Source: an uncultured delta proteobacterium
Lineage (GTDB): Bacteria; Myxococcota; UBA727; VGSZ01
Length of the DNA: 64,000 bases
Direction: 5' to 3'
NCBI GenBank assembly: GCA_963775425.1
Contig: CAVZJB010000014.1
Coordinates: 64,001-128,000 of the forward strand
The notes under the pieces are model-generated. The model saw nothing but the letters and a program-made list of their open reading frames with translations. It was not told the origin of the DNA and did no database searches. A program made the translations under genes and the position numbers. This document shows, piece after piece, positions 21,197 through 30,679 of this stretch; the stretch's first letter is position 1; each line of letters begins with the position of its first letter.

Positions 21197-22984
21197 TCAA
21201 TCCATCTTGACGCGCAGCTCGGCGGTCTTGCCCTTGTCGATGGTGACCTTCTGCACCTTGGTGTGGCCCTCCCAGACGAGCTTCACCGTGTAGGTGCCGA
21301 CGGGCAGCGTGATCGGCCTGGGCGGCGGCGTCTGCCCGACGGCCTCGCCGCCGAGAAAGACCTGGGCGTAGGGCACGGCGCTCACCCGCAGCGTCCCGGT
21401 CGGCAGCGCGTTGAAGTCGGCGACGTCGTCGACGATGGGGACCACGTGCACCGAGCCGCGGCGGCCGTCGACGGCGACGACGGTGCGCGCGCCGCTGCGC
21501 ACGCGGCCGCTGCCCGGACCGCGCCGCGGGGCGCCGGCCGCGCGGAACGCCACCGACGGTGGACCCTTGAGCGCCACCGTGCGCAACGACGACGCGTGAC
21601 CCGCCCGGTGGACACGCTTGTCGTCGGGGCGCTTGTCTCCCGCGCTCTTGTCGCCGCCCGCGTCGCCGCCCGCGCTCGTGTCGCCGGCCGCGCTCTTGTC
21701 GCCGCCCGCGTCGTCGCTCGCGCTCTTGTCGCCGGCCGCGCTCTTGTCGCCGTCGCTCGCATCGGCGGCCTTGTCGTTCGCGGCGCCGTCCTTCGCGCCG
21801 TCGTTCCCGTGGGACGCCGCCTCGGCGATCGCACGCGCCGGGGGCTCCGACGACGACGTGTTCAACAACAGGAGCCCGAGGGCGCCGCAGAAGCCGACGA
21901 CGGCCGCGGCGGTGACGCCGAGGAGCGCGCCCCGTCGAGGGCCGACCTCGGTGGAGCGCGTGACGGTGGTGGGCGCGAACGTCCCCGAGATGGGCATGGA
22001 CGCGGGGCCGCTCTTGACGAGGGCGGTGGTCTCGGGGTCGTCGTCCTCCGGCTCGGGCGCCGCCATGATCTCCGCCACGAGCTCCTGCGCCGGGACGCGC
22101 GACGCGCCCTCGCCCCCGAGGACGCGCACGAGCCGTTCGTGCAGGGCGAGGCCGTTGTCGTAGCGCTTGTTCGGGTCCTTCTCGAGCATGCGCATGACGA
22201 TGCGGTCGAGCACCGCGGGCACGGACTTGTTCACCGACGACGGCGGCGACGCGCGCTGCTCGAGGACGCGCTTGAGCGTGATGACCTCGGTGGCGCCGTC
22301 GAACGGACGCCGCCCGCACAGGAGCCAATAGAAGGTGACGCCGAGCGAGAAGAGGTCGCTGCGGCCGTCGAGCGGGCGCCCCTCGATCTGTTCGGGGGAC
22401 ATGTACGGGATCTTGCCCTTGAGCTCGCCGGTCCTCGTCACCGCGCCCTTTTGCTGCTGCGCGCGCGCGATGCCGAAGTCGAGGACCTTGGTGACGCCGT
22501 CGCGCGTGATCATCAGGTTGTCGGGCGAGATGTCCCGGTGCACGAGGCCCGACGGGCGGCCCACCTCGTCGACGAGGGTGTGCGCGTGGTGGAGCCCCAG
22601 GGCGGCGTCGGCGACGGCGCGGACGATCACCTCGGTGGGCAGCGCGCGCTTGCGGGCCCACGCGCGGCGCGCGAGGCGATGGAGCGTGATGCCGTCGATG
22701 AACTCCATGGCCAGGAAGTAGGTGCCCTGGTCCTGGCCGAGCTCGAAGATCTGCACGACGTTCGGGTGGTTGAGGCGCGCGGCGACGCGCGCTTCGCGCA
22801 GGAACATCTCGACGAACTTCTTGTTCTCCGTGAGGTGCGCGAGCATGCGCTTGACGACGACGGTCTTTTGGAAGTCGCTCGGCCCCTCCTGCCGCGCGAG
22901 GAAGACCTCGGCCATGCCTCCCTGGCCGATGCGCTGCGCGAGCATGTAGCGCCCGACGCGTTGCACCCCGGAGGGGATCGGCAT
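21197..22984 (-). CDS. Membrane Ser/Thr protein kinase with PEGA-like C-terminal domain
   Basis: IGQGGMAEVF, VVKR, HRDISPDN, DFGIA, GKIPYMSPEQ; one TM; GDKSA-type repeats; start uncertain (22984-23080). Confidence 0.9.
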   Translation of the reverse strand: MPIPSGVQRVGRYMLAQRIGQGGMAEVFLARQEGPSDFQKTVVVKRMLAHLTENKKFVEMFLREARVAARLNHPNVVQIFELGQDQGTYFLAMEFIDGITLHRLARRAWARKRALPTEVIVRAVADAALGLHHAHTLVDEVGRPSGLVHRDISPDNLMITRDGVTKVLDFGIARAQQQKGAVTRTGELKGKIPYMSPEQIEGRPLDGRSDLFSLGVTFYWLLCGRRPFDGATEVITLKRVLEQRASPPSSVNKSVPAVLDRIVMRMLEKDPNKRYDNGLALHERLVRVLGGEGASRVPAQELVAEIMAAPEPEDDDPETTALVKSGPASMPISGTFAPTTVTRSTEVGPRRGALLGVTAAAVVGFCGALGLLLLNTSSSEPPARAIAEAASHGNDGAKDGAANDKAADASDGDKSAAGDKSASDDAGGDKSAAGDTSAGGDAGGDKSAGDKRPDDKRVHRAGHASSLRTVALKGPPSVAFRAAGAPRRGPGSGRVRSGARTVVAVDGRRGSVHVVPIVDDVADFNALPTGTLRVSAVPYAQVFLGGEAVGQTPPPRPITLPVGTYTVKLVWEGHTKVQKVTIDKGKTAELRVKMD

Positions 22985-23030
22985 CGTGGGGTCGTCGGGG
23001 ATCTCGGGCAGGCCCACGTCGACGATCAGC

Positions 23031-23993
23031 CTACATGGGCAGAAAGAACTTGAGCGAGCACGCGAACACGCGGTGATCAAACCGGACCACGCTCTGCTGG
23101 TAAGCCACGTCGAGCCCGAAGTACGGGACGATGAAGCCGGCGCCCACCGTGACGAGCTGGTCGTCGGTGGCCTCGTCCCACAGGTAGCCCGCGCGCAGCG
23201 GGACGGAGTCGAACGCGAGGTACTCGAGGCCCCCCGACACGCGGCTCTTGGGCCCGTACAGGGTGAAGAAGTTGATGTTCCAGTCCACCTCGAGCGTGAG
23301 GCCGGAGAGCGGGCCGACGAGCTGCCCCAACGTCGACGGGGCCGAGAGGCCGGCGGCGGTGGGCGTGGGGCCGAGCGCGGGCCCGCCGCCGAAGATGAGC
23401 GCCGACAGCGGGCCGAGGTCGAGGTTGGCGCCGAAGCCGGCGGCGAGGGGCGCCCGCTGCGATTGGATGGGGATCAGGTTGTAGCCGACGGCGGCCAGCG
23501 ACAGCCCGAACGGCAGCCGCGACAGCACGCCGACGTCGGCGGAGAGCGCGTTCAGGTAGTTGCCGAGGACGGCGTCGGAGACGTTGACGTACTTGAGACC
23601 GGCGCCGACGGCGAGGAGCTGGTCGAAGACGGGCACCGCCAGCGCCAGCGTGGCCTTGTGCTGGAGCGAGGCCCGCTTGGTGAGCTCGCGGCCGTCAAAG
23701 GTGTAGCCGAGGCCGGCGGCGACCTTGGAGGTCTTGCTGTCGACGACGCTGACGTCGACGGTGTGCTCCTCCTTGTCGAGGTCGAGCGCGTAGTGCAGCT
23801 CCGGCGAATACCGCGGAATCACGACGAGGCCGGCGGGGTTGAAGTAGATGGCGTCGTTGCCCGTGGCGTTGGCGCGGTACGCCTCGGCCAGCGACAGGGC
23901 CCGGGTGCCCACGAAGTCCTGCGCGTGCGCCGCCGCCGGGGCGAGCGCGCATGCGACGAGCACGAAGGCGAACCGGGTCACAGCGGACAGCAT
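23031..23993 (-). CDS. Outer-membrane beta-barrel (FadL/PorV-like N-terminus)
   Basis: Signal peptide ending AHA-Q; GTRALSLAEAYRA...AIYFNPAGL; LRAGY; terminal beta strand. Confidence 0.65.
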   Translation of the reverse strand: MLSAVTRFAFVLVACALAPAAAHAQDFVGTRALSLAEAYRANATGNDAIYFNPAGLVVIPRYSPELHYALDLDKEEHTVDVSVVDSKTSKVAAGLGYTFDGRELTKRASLQHKATLALAVPVFDQLLAVGAGLKYVNVSDAVLGNYLNALSADVGVLSRLPFGLSLAAVGYNLIPIQSQRAPLAAGFGANLDLGPLSALIFGGGPALGPTPTAAGLSAPSTLGQLVGPLSGLTLEVDWNINFFTLYGPKSRVSGGLEYLAFDSVPLRAGYLWDEATDDQLVTVGAGFIVPYFGLDVAYQQSVVRFDHRVFACSLKFFLPM

Positions 23994-24057
23994 AGGCACG
24001 GCCGTTGAAACGCGCGAACCTTTGGCCAAAGCTTCTTGTTCCACAAAGGCGGTGCGG

Positions 24058-24615
24058 ATGGGCGAGAGAGACGAGGCACGTTGGGTCTGGCTCGACCTCG
24101 AGATGACGGGGCTCGATGACAAGACCTGCGTCATCATCCAGATGGCGGTGATCATCACCGACGGGTCGCTGAACGAGCTGGCCATGCTCGAGCAGACCAT
24201 CTGGCAGCCGGAGAGCGCGCTCGAGACCATGACGCCCTTCGTGCGCAAGATGCACACGGACAACGGGCTGCTCGCGCGCGTGCGCGCCTCCGACGTGGGG
24301 CAGGCGGAGGCGGAGCAGCGCACGGTGGAGCTGGTGCTCGCCCACGCGCCGTACAAAAAGGGCATCCTCGCCGGCAACAGCATCTGGCAGGACCGCAGGT
24401 TCCTCTTGCGCCACATGCCGCACTTCGAGCAGGTGCTGCACTACCGACAGATCGACGTATCGACCATCAAGGTGCTCTCCCGCCAGTGGTACGGCGCCAA
24501 GGGCGAGAGCCCGGGCAAACCGTCCACGCACACGGCGCTCGACGACATCCGCGCGTCCATCGCCGAGCTCAAGTGGTACCGCGACCATTGCTTCGTCATG
24601 GTGCCCTCGCCGTGA
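24058..24615 (+). CDS. orn: Oligoribonuclease
   Basis: WLDLEMTGLD, MHTDNGL, LAGNSI..DRRFL, HYRQIDVSTIK, HTALDDIRASIAELKWYR. Confidence 0.95.
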   Translation: MGERDEARWVWLDLEMTGLDDKTCVIIQMAVIITDGSLNELAMLEQTIWQPESALETMTPFVRKMHTDNGLLARVRASDVGQAEAEQRTVELVLAHAPYKKGILAGNSIWQDRRFLLRHMPHFEQVLHYRQIDVSTIKVLSRQWYGAKGESPGKPSTHTALDDIRASIAELKWYRDHCFVMVPSP

Positions 24616-24667
24616 CGGGCGGCGCGCGACGGTGACCGTCGGCGGCAAGGCGGGCTAGATTGCGCGC

Positions 24668-26269
24668 ATGTCGGAGCTGAAGAAGATCGTCGCGCTCCTC
24701 GCCGGCGGCGACGTCGAGCGGCGCGTGGCCGCCGCCGTCGTCCTCGGGGCCATCGGGGCCAAGGACAAAGAGACCACGGCGGCGCTGGAGAAGCTCCTCG
24801 CGGGCTCGCCCGAAGAGCAGCGAGCGGCGCTCGACGCGTTCGCGGCGCTCGGCCCCAAGCGCGTCCTGGCCAAGGTCTTCGAGCTGCTCGCGAACGGGAC
24901 GCCCCACGTGCGCGACGCCGCGTTCCGCGCGCTCAAGGCCGCCGGCGCCGACGTCGTCGACGACATCCGCGCCCGCCGCGAGAAGGCCGGCGAGGCCGAG
25001 AAACAGCGGCTCGACCGCGTGCTCGCCGAGCTCGGCGGCGCCGACGCGTTCAAGGCGCTCCTCGAGGGGCTCGCCTCCGCCGACGAGCAGACCGCCCGCG
25101 CCGCCGCGCTCTCGGTGCGCGAGCGCGTCGCCGCCGCCGACGCCCGCACGCGCCGGTCCTACGGCAGCGCCGTGCTCAAGGCCCTCACCGCCAAGCGCGA
25201 GCGCACCGCCCAGCAGGAAACGGCGCTGTTGAAGATCCTCGGCTGGTGCGAGGACGAGGTCGCCGTGCCGCTGCTCCTCGAGGTCGCCGCCGACGCCGGC
25301 AAGGCCGCCGCCGTCCGCTCCGAGGCCATCATCGCGCTGCGCTTCGCCCTCGCCGCCGGCGCCGCCGACAAGAGCGTCGTCGGCGCGCTCCTCGACGTCG
25401 CCGCCGGGGCCGACTCCGGCCTCGCCCGCACCGCCATCGACACCCTCGCCGGCCTCAACCTCGACGACAAGGCCGCGCCCAAGCTGGTGGTGCTGGCGCA
25501 ACACCGGGACCCGGTGCGCGCGCGCTTCGCCGTGGACAAGCTGAAGGCGCAGGGGGGCCAGAAGGCGGCGGCGGCCCTCGTCGACGTCGTCTTGGCAGGG
25601 GACAAGAACGTGTCGGAGGCGGCGGCGGAGGCGCTGTCGTCGTTGCCGGAGGCCACGGCGCCGGCGCTCGAGGCGCTGTTGACGTCGAAGGGCGACGCCG
25701 TGCGCCTCCTGGTCGACGTCCTCAAGCCGCGCGCGGGCAAGCTCCCGAAGGGCGCGGCCAAGAAGCTCCTCGACGTCGTGACCGCGCGCCTGGTGGAAGA
25801 CGGCAGGAACTACGAGTCGTGCCTCGCCGTGGCGCGCGCCGCCGACGCCGACGGCACGGCGGCGGCGCTGCGCGAGCTCGCGGCCAGGCTCAAGAAACAG
25901 AAGAAGGACGAGCGCGCCGAGCACGTGCTGCGGCTGTTGACCAACAGCGGCGGCGCCACCGTCGATGACCGCGTGCGCCTCGCGCTCCTCGCGCTGCAGA
26001 AGTCGCGGCTCGACGCGCGCCCCGACGCGCGCGCCCGCGACGAGGCGCTCAAGGCGTTCTCGGGCATCCTCGGCAGCGTCGACGTCATGAAGGTCCTGAA
26101 GAAGGACAAGCACGTCACCGCCGAGCAGCTCTTCTTCCTCGGGTTCCACTTCGCCGAGGAGGGCGAGCCCATCGGAGAGCAACTGCTGCGCGAGGTGATC
26201 GCGCGCGGCCCGCGCACCAAGCTCGCCAAGGCGGCGAAGAACAAGCTGGCGCTCGAGGCCGCGACGTAG
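24668..26269 (+). CDS. HEAT-repeat protein
   Basis: Repeated helical units such as ERRVAAAVVLG, VRDAAFRAL, VRSEAIIAL. Confidence 0.7.
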   Translation: MSELKKIVALLAGGDVERRVAAAVVLGAIGAKDKETTAALEKLLAGSPEEQRAALDAFAALGPKRVLAKVFELLANGTPHVRDAAFRALKAAGADVVDDIRARREKAGEAEKQRLDRVLAELGGADAFKALLEGLASADEQTARAAALSVRERVAAADARTRRSYGSAVLKALTAKRERTAQQETALLKILGWCEDEVAVPLLLEVAADAGKAAAVRSEAIIALRFALAAGAADKSVVGALLDVAAGADSGLARTAIDTLAGLNLDDKAAPKLVVLAQHRDPVRARFAVDKLKAQGGQKAAAALVDVVLAGDKNVSEAAAEALSSLPEATAPALEALLTSKGDAVRLLVDVLKPRAGKLPKGAAKKLLDVVTARLVEDGRNYESCLAVARAADADGTAAALRELAARLKKQKKDERAEHVLRLLTNSGGATVDDRVRLALLALQKSRLDARPDARARDEALKAFSGILGSVDVMKVLKKDKHVTAEQLFFLGFHFAEEGEPIGEQLLREVIARGPRTKLAKAAKNKLALEAAT

Positions 26270-26304
26270 GGCGGACGCGGGACAGGCGCGTATGAGGTGA
26301 AGCC

Positions 26305-26583
26305 GTGTGCAGGAACATCAAGACGCTGTTCAACTTCGATCCGCCCGCCAGCGACGAGGAGATCCGCGCGGCGGCGCTTCAGTTCGTGCGCAAGATCGCG
26401 GGAACGCGCGCGCCGGCCAAGAAGAACGCGGGCGCGTTCGACGACGCCGTCGACGAGGTCTTCGTCGCCGCGCGCCGCTTGATCGACAGCATGGAGCCCT
26501 TCGGTCCGCCCAAGAACCGCGAGGTCGAGGCGTTGAAGGCCAAGGAGCGCGGCAAGCTCCGCTTTCGAAAGGCGTCCGCGTGA
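26305..26583 (+). CDS. DUF2277 family protein
   Basis: MCRNIKTLFNFDPPASDEEIRAAALQFVRKI signature. Confidence 0.85.
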   Translation: MCRNIKTLFNFDPPASDEEIRAAALQFVRKIAGTRAPAKKNAGAFDDAVDEVFVAARRLIDSMEPFGPPKNREVEALKAKERGKLRFRKASA

Positions 26584-27617
26584 CGAGCGGCGCGGGGACC
26601 GAAACGGCGGGCGCGGAGAGCACCGCGTCGCCGGCGCGGGTTCGCATCGGGGTCCTCGGCGCTGCGCGCATCTCGCCGTACGCGCTCTATGCGCCGGCGC
26701 GCAAGGTCGACGGCGTCGACGTCGTCGCCATCGCCGCGCGGGATCGCGCGCGCGCCGAAAAGTCGGCCGCAAAGCACGGCATCGCGCGCGTGCACGACTC
26801 GTACGACGCGCTGCTCGCGGACCCCGACGTCGACGCCGTCTACTGCCCGCTGCCGAACGGCCTGCACGCGCGCTGGAGCATCGCGGCGCTCGACGCCGGC
26901 AAGCACGTCTTGTGCGAGAAGCCCTTCGCCTCCAACGAGGACGAGGCGCGCGCGATGGCCGCCGCCGCCAAAAAGAGCGGGCGCGTGCTGATGGAGGCGT
27001 TCCATTGGCGCTTCCACCCGATGGCGCGGCGCATGGTCGACATCGTTCGGAGCGGAGAGCTCGGCAAGCTCGTGCGCGTGGAGACCTTCATGTGCGTCCC
27101 GCTGCCGTTCCCGGGGGACATCCGCTACCGCTACGAGCTCGGCGGCGGCGCGCTCATGGACACCGGCGCGTACGCGGTCCACATGCTGCGAACGCTCTCC
27201 GGCCGCGAGCCCGAGGTGAAGGCGGCGCGCGTGAAGCTCGCGCGCGAAAAGGTCGATCGCTGGGCGCAGGCCGACGTCGACCTCGGCGACGGCGCGACGG
27301 GGACGCTCACGTGCGCGCTGTGGTCCTCGACGCTGTTGAAGGTGCAGGCGCGGGTGGTGGGCGAGGACGGCGAGATGGTCGCGCACAACCCCGTGTTGCC
27401 GCAGATCTGGCACCGCCTCTCGGTGAAGGCCGGCGGCGACAAGCGCGTGGAGCACTTCTCGCGCGAGGCCACCTACACGAGCCAGATGCGCGCCTTCGCG
27501 GAGGCCGTGCGCGCGGGGGAGCCGAGCTTGTGCGGCCCCGACGACAGCATCCAGAACATGCGCGTCATCGACGCCGTCTACCGCGCCGCCGGCTTGCCCT
27601 TGCGCGGCGCCGCCTGA
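26580..27617 (+). CDS. Gfo/Idh/MocA oxidoreductase
   Basis: RIGVLGAARI, AGKHVLCEKP, GGGALMDTGAY; GTGA overlap. Confidence 0.9.
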   Translation: MTSGAGTETAGAESTASPARVRIGVLGAARISPYALYAPARKVDGVDVVAIAARDRARAEKSAAKHGIARVHDSYDALLADPDVDAVYCPLPNGLHARWSIAALDAGKHVLCEKPFASNEDEARAMAAAAKKSGRVLMEAFHWRFHPMARRMVDIVRSGELGKLVRVETFMCVPLPFPGDIRYRYELGGGALMDTGAYAVHMLRTLSGREPEVKAARVKLAREKVDRWAQADVDLGDGATGTLTCALWSSTLLKVQARVVGEDGEMVAHNPVLPQIWHRLSVKAGGDKRVEHFSREATYTSQMRAFAEAVRAGEPSLCGPDDSIQNMRVIDAVYRAAGLPLRGAA

Positions 27618-27857
27618 CGCGAGCACACCTCGGAGCACAACGGCGCCTGACCAAACGGCGTCAAACGACCCGGGGATCCGCACCCCGCCCGGCCCGCGCG
27701 CGTTGAACAAAGCGCAGGCCGCGCGCGTCTGCGATCGCCAAGGGGTCGCGCGATGTCCGAGCGCCGCAGCGAAACAAGGGAAGCCGCGTTCTTCTCCGCG
27801 CGTCATCGCGAGGGGCGCAATTTCGCGGCGGCGGGGATCGCGGGCTACGCTGCCCGC

Positions 27858-28520
27858 GTGCGTGCTCTCCCCTTCGCCGTCGTCGTCCTGCTCGCGACGT
27901 CGTCGTGCCTCCAGATCCCCAACGTGCTCGCGCCCGGCTCGCCGGTGGACTTTTGTATCGAGCAGGCGAAGGTCTACTGCCAACTGCAGTTCGACTGCTG
28001 CACCGCCACGGAGCGCACCGAAGATCCGCTCGGCATCTTCAGCGGGCCCGCGGTGTCGCGCTGGGCGCCGTCCACCATCGACGAGTGCGTCGGCATCGTG
28101 AGCGACATCTGCCGCGGGGAGGTCGAGCAACAAAACGAGTCGCTCGCCGACGAGCGCGTCAAGTACGACTCCGACGAGGCCGCGAGCTGCCTGGACGACC
28201 TGCACAAGGCGGCCGACGACTGCAGCCTCAAGGACTTCCTCAAGGCCGACGGCAGCTACCTCACGAGCCTCGTCCAGAACGGGCAGCCGGGCATCTTCGG
28301 CGCCGCCTGCGAAGACACCATCAAGGGCGAGGTCGACGACGGCGACACCTGCTTCGCACAGTACGAGTGCAAGCGCGGCTTCTGCTCTCCCCGGCAAAAC
28401 GGCGACGTCACTCTCAAGGGGGAGTGCAGCGGCGACACCCACCCCGAAAACCCCTTCGCCACCTTCGGCAACATCACGCTCGAGGTCTGTAACGGCCTCG
28501 ACGACGAGGCCAACCCATGA
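27858..28520 (+). CDS. Cys-rich lipoprotein (short paralog)
   Basis: GTG start; LATSSC lipobox; FCIEQAKVYCQLQFDCCTATER. Confidence 0.72.
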   Translation: MRALPFAVVVLLATSSCLQIPNVLAPGSPVDFCIEQAKVYCQLQFDCCTATERTEDPLGIFSGPAVSRWAPSTIDECVGIVSDICRGEVEQQNESLADERVKYDSDEAASCLDDLHKAADDCSLKDFLKADGSYLTSLVQNGQPGIFGAACEDTIKGEVDDGDTCFAQYECKRGFCSPRQNGDVTLKGECSGDTHPENPFATFGNITLEVCNGLDDEANP

Positions 28521-30643
28521 AGCGCATCGCTCTCGCTCTCGCGGCCGCGGCCGCGGCGGCCTCGATGGGCTGCGGCTCCGACGCCCTCACCTTCTGCATC
28601 GAGTCCGCCAAGGCGTCGTGCCAGGTGCAGTTCCAGTGCTGCACGGCCACCGAGCGCGCCGCCGTCTTCGGCAGCACCAACGTCTCCATCGGGCCGTACT
28701 ACGACGAGGGCGGCTGCATCGACGCCTTCACCCGCCAATGCGAGGTCGCGGCGCAGGTGCAGGACGAGGCCATCGCGGCCAAGCGCCTGGCGTTCGACAA
28801 GGACAAGGGCGACAAGTGTCTCGACGACGCGCGCAAGGCCGCCGCCGACTGCGACGCCGACGCCATCTTCAACCGCGACGCCAACTGCGCGCAGCTCTTC
28901 ACCGGCCTCGTCGAGGACGGCGGCACTTGTACGGCCACGCAACAGTGCAAGGAGCTCGGCTCGCAGTGCGAGATCGACAACACGCCGGACGCCGACGGCA
29001 AGCTCACCGTGACCATCGAGGGCACGTGCAAGGGCCAGGGCGACGAGGGTGAGCCGTGCTTCCCCGGCGGCACCTGCAAGAGCGGCCTGCGCTGCGTGTT
29101 CGACAACACCACCGGCGCGCAGAGCTGTGAGCCGCCGGCCGGCGCAGGCGGAGTTTGCACGCAAGACGCCGACTGCGTCACCGGCCTGCGCTGCACACAG
29201 GACGCGAGCTTCCAGTTGCGCTGCACCGAGCCCGGCGACGTCGGCGCGCCGTGCAACAGCGATCAGGACTGCGGCCTCTCGCTGCGCTGCCTCGTCAACG
29301 ACGCGCAGCAGCAGGTGTGCACCGTCCCCGGCGTCGCAGGCTCGCAGTGCAACAGCGACGGCGACTGCGGCTCGGGCCTCCTGTGCGCGGTGGGCACGGA
29401 CGGCTTCACGCGCACGTGCTCCGCGCCGGCGGCGGCCGGCGATCCCTGCCAGGTCACGGACCAATGCGTGCCCGGCCTCGACTGTCGCTTCGACGGCACC
29501 GCCAACCGCTGCTACGCCGGCGACGCCGGCGACCCGTGCGACAGCTTCAGCGAGCGCTGCTCCGCCGGCCTGCTGTGCCGCAACGATCCCATCGCCGGGC
29601 GCGAGAAGTGCCAGGCGCCGCTCGCGGCCAACCAGGGCTGCGAGGAATTCACGCCGGGGCAGTGCGCGTCGCCGCTCGTGTGCCGGCAGAACGCATCGCT
29701 GACCTTCGTGTGCCTGCAGCCGCTCGCGGCCAACGCGACCTGTACGCCGGTGAGCGGCGGCGACGACCCCTGCGACGCCACCCACGCCTGCCAGTTCGAC
29801 GATGTCGCGCTCGACGACATCTGCGTCGCCCGCCTCGTCGCCGGGACCTCGTGCACGCAGGACGACGACTGCACCGCCGGCTTGTTCTGCGACACGCGGT
29901 CGACCGGGACGTGCATCGGGCTGCGCGCAAACGGCGCGTCGTGCATCGAGACCCGCGAGTGCGCCGCCAACCTCACCTGCCGCAACAACGACGCCGGCTC
30001 GCAGAGCATCTGCCGCGCGCTCTCCGCCGAGGGGGGCGGCTGCCAGCAGCTCTCCGATTGCGCGGCCGGGCTCGACTGCCGCCCCAACGACGACGGCTCC
30101 CTGAACGTCTGCCGCGGGCCGTCGGCGGCGGGGCAGCGCTGCGAGTCCATCGCGGATTGCGCGTCCGGCCTCGACTGCCGCTTGAACGACGCCGGCACCG
30201 GCAACGTGTGCCGAGGCCCGTCGGCGGAGAGCGGGCGCTGCGACAACGACCTCGACTGCGGCGTCGGGCTGCAGTGCCGCTTCAACAACAACACCGGACA
30301 GCAGGTCTGCCTGGGCAAGGGCAACGCCGGCGACCCCTGCAGCAGCGACACCGACTGCAGCGACAGCCTGGTGTGCCGGAGCAACCCGAACACCGGCGCC
30401 TTCGAGTGCCGCGCCCTCGGTGGCGCGGGCGACACCTGCACGCAGGATCAGGACTGCGAGGGCGGCCTGCGCTGCCGCGACCTCGGCGAGGCCGACGGCG
30501 TGGTGGTGTGCACCGACAAGCAGGACGACGGGGGCCCTTGCGCCAGCGACGGCGACTGCGTCTCCGGGAGCTGCGACGTCGCCGACGGCTTCTGCGGCGA
30601 GGCCCCGCCCGAGCAGAGCTTCGCCATCTGCGACGGCCTGTAG
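28517..30643 (+). CDS. Cys-rich repeat lipoprotein with about 17 four-Cys modules
   Basis: SMGC lipobox; N-domain paralogous to the upstream gene; repeats of G..C.....C..GL.C.........C. Confidence 0.8.
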   Translation: MKRIALALAAAAAAASMGCGSDALTFCIESAKASCQVQFQCCTATERAAVFGSTNVSIGPYYDEGGCIDAFTRQCEVAAQVQDEAIAAKRLAFDKDKGDKCLDDARKAAADCDADAIFNRDANCAQLFTGLVEDGGTCTATQQCKELGSQCEIDNTPDADGKLTVTIEGTCKGQGDEGEPCFPGGTCKSGLRCVFDNTTGAQSCEPPAGAGGVCTQDADCVTGLRCTQDASFQLRCTEPGDVGAPCNSDQDCGLSLRCLVNDAQQQVCTVPGVAGSQCNSDGDCGSGLLCAVGTDGFTRTCSAPAAAGDPCQVTDQCVPGLDCRFDGTANRCYAGDAGDPCDSFSERCSAGLLCRNDPIAGREKCQAPLAANQGCEEFTPGQCASPLVCRQNASLTFVCLQPLAANATCTPVSGGDDPCDATHACQFDDVALDDICVARLVAGTSCTQDDDCTAGLFCDTRSTGTCIGLRANGASCIETRECAANLTCRNNDAGSQSICRALSAEGGGCQQLSDCAAGLDCRPNDDGSLNVCRGPSAAGQRCESIADCASGLDCRLNDAGTGNVCRGPSAESGRCDNDLDCGVGLQCRFNNNTGQQVCLGKGNAGDPCSSDTDCSDSLVCRSNPNTGAFECRALGGAGDTCTQDQDCEGGLRCRDLGEADGVVVCTDKQDDGGPCASDGDCVSGSCDVADGFCGEAPPEQSFAICDGL

Positions 30644-30679
30644 CTCACGACGTGGCGCGGGGCGCGTCCCCCGCCGGCG

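Noticed and set aside
27618-27857. 240-nt intergenic region as a possible ncRNA or riboswitch
   Set aside because: I could not identify a conserved motif or convincing structure by eye.
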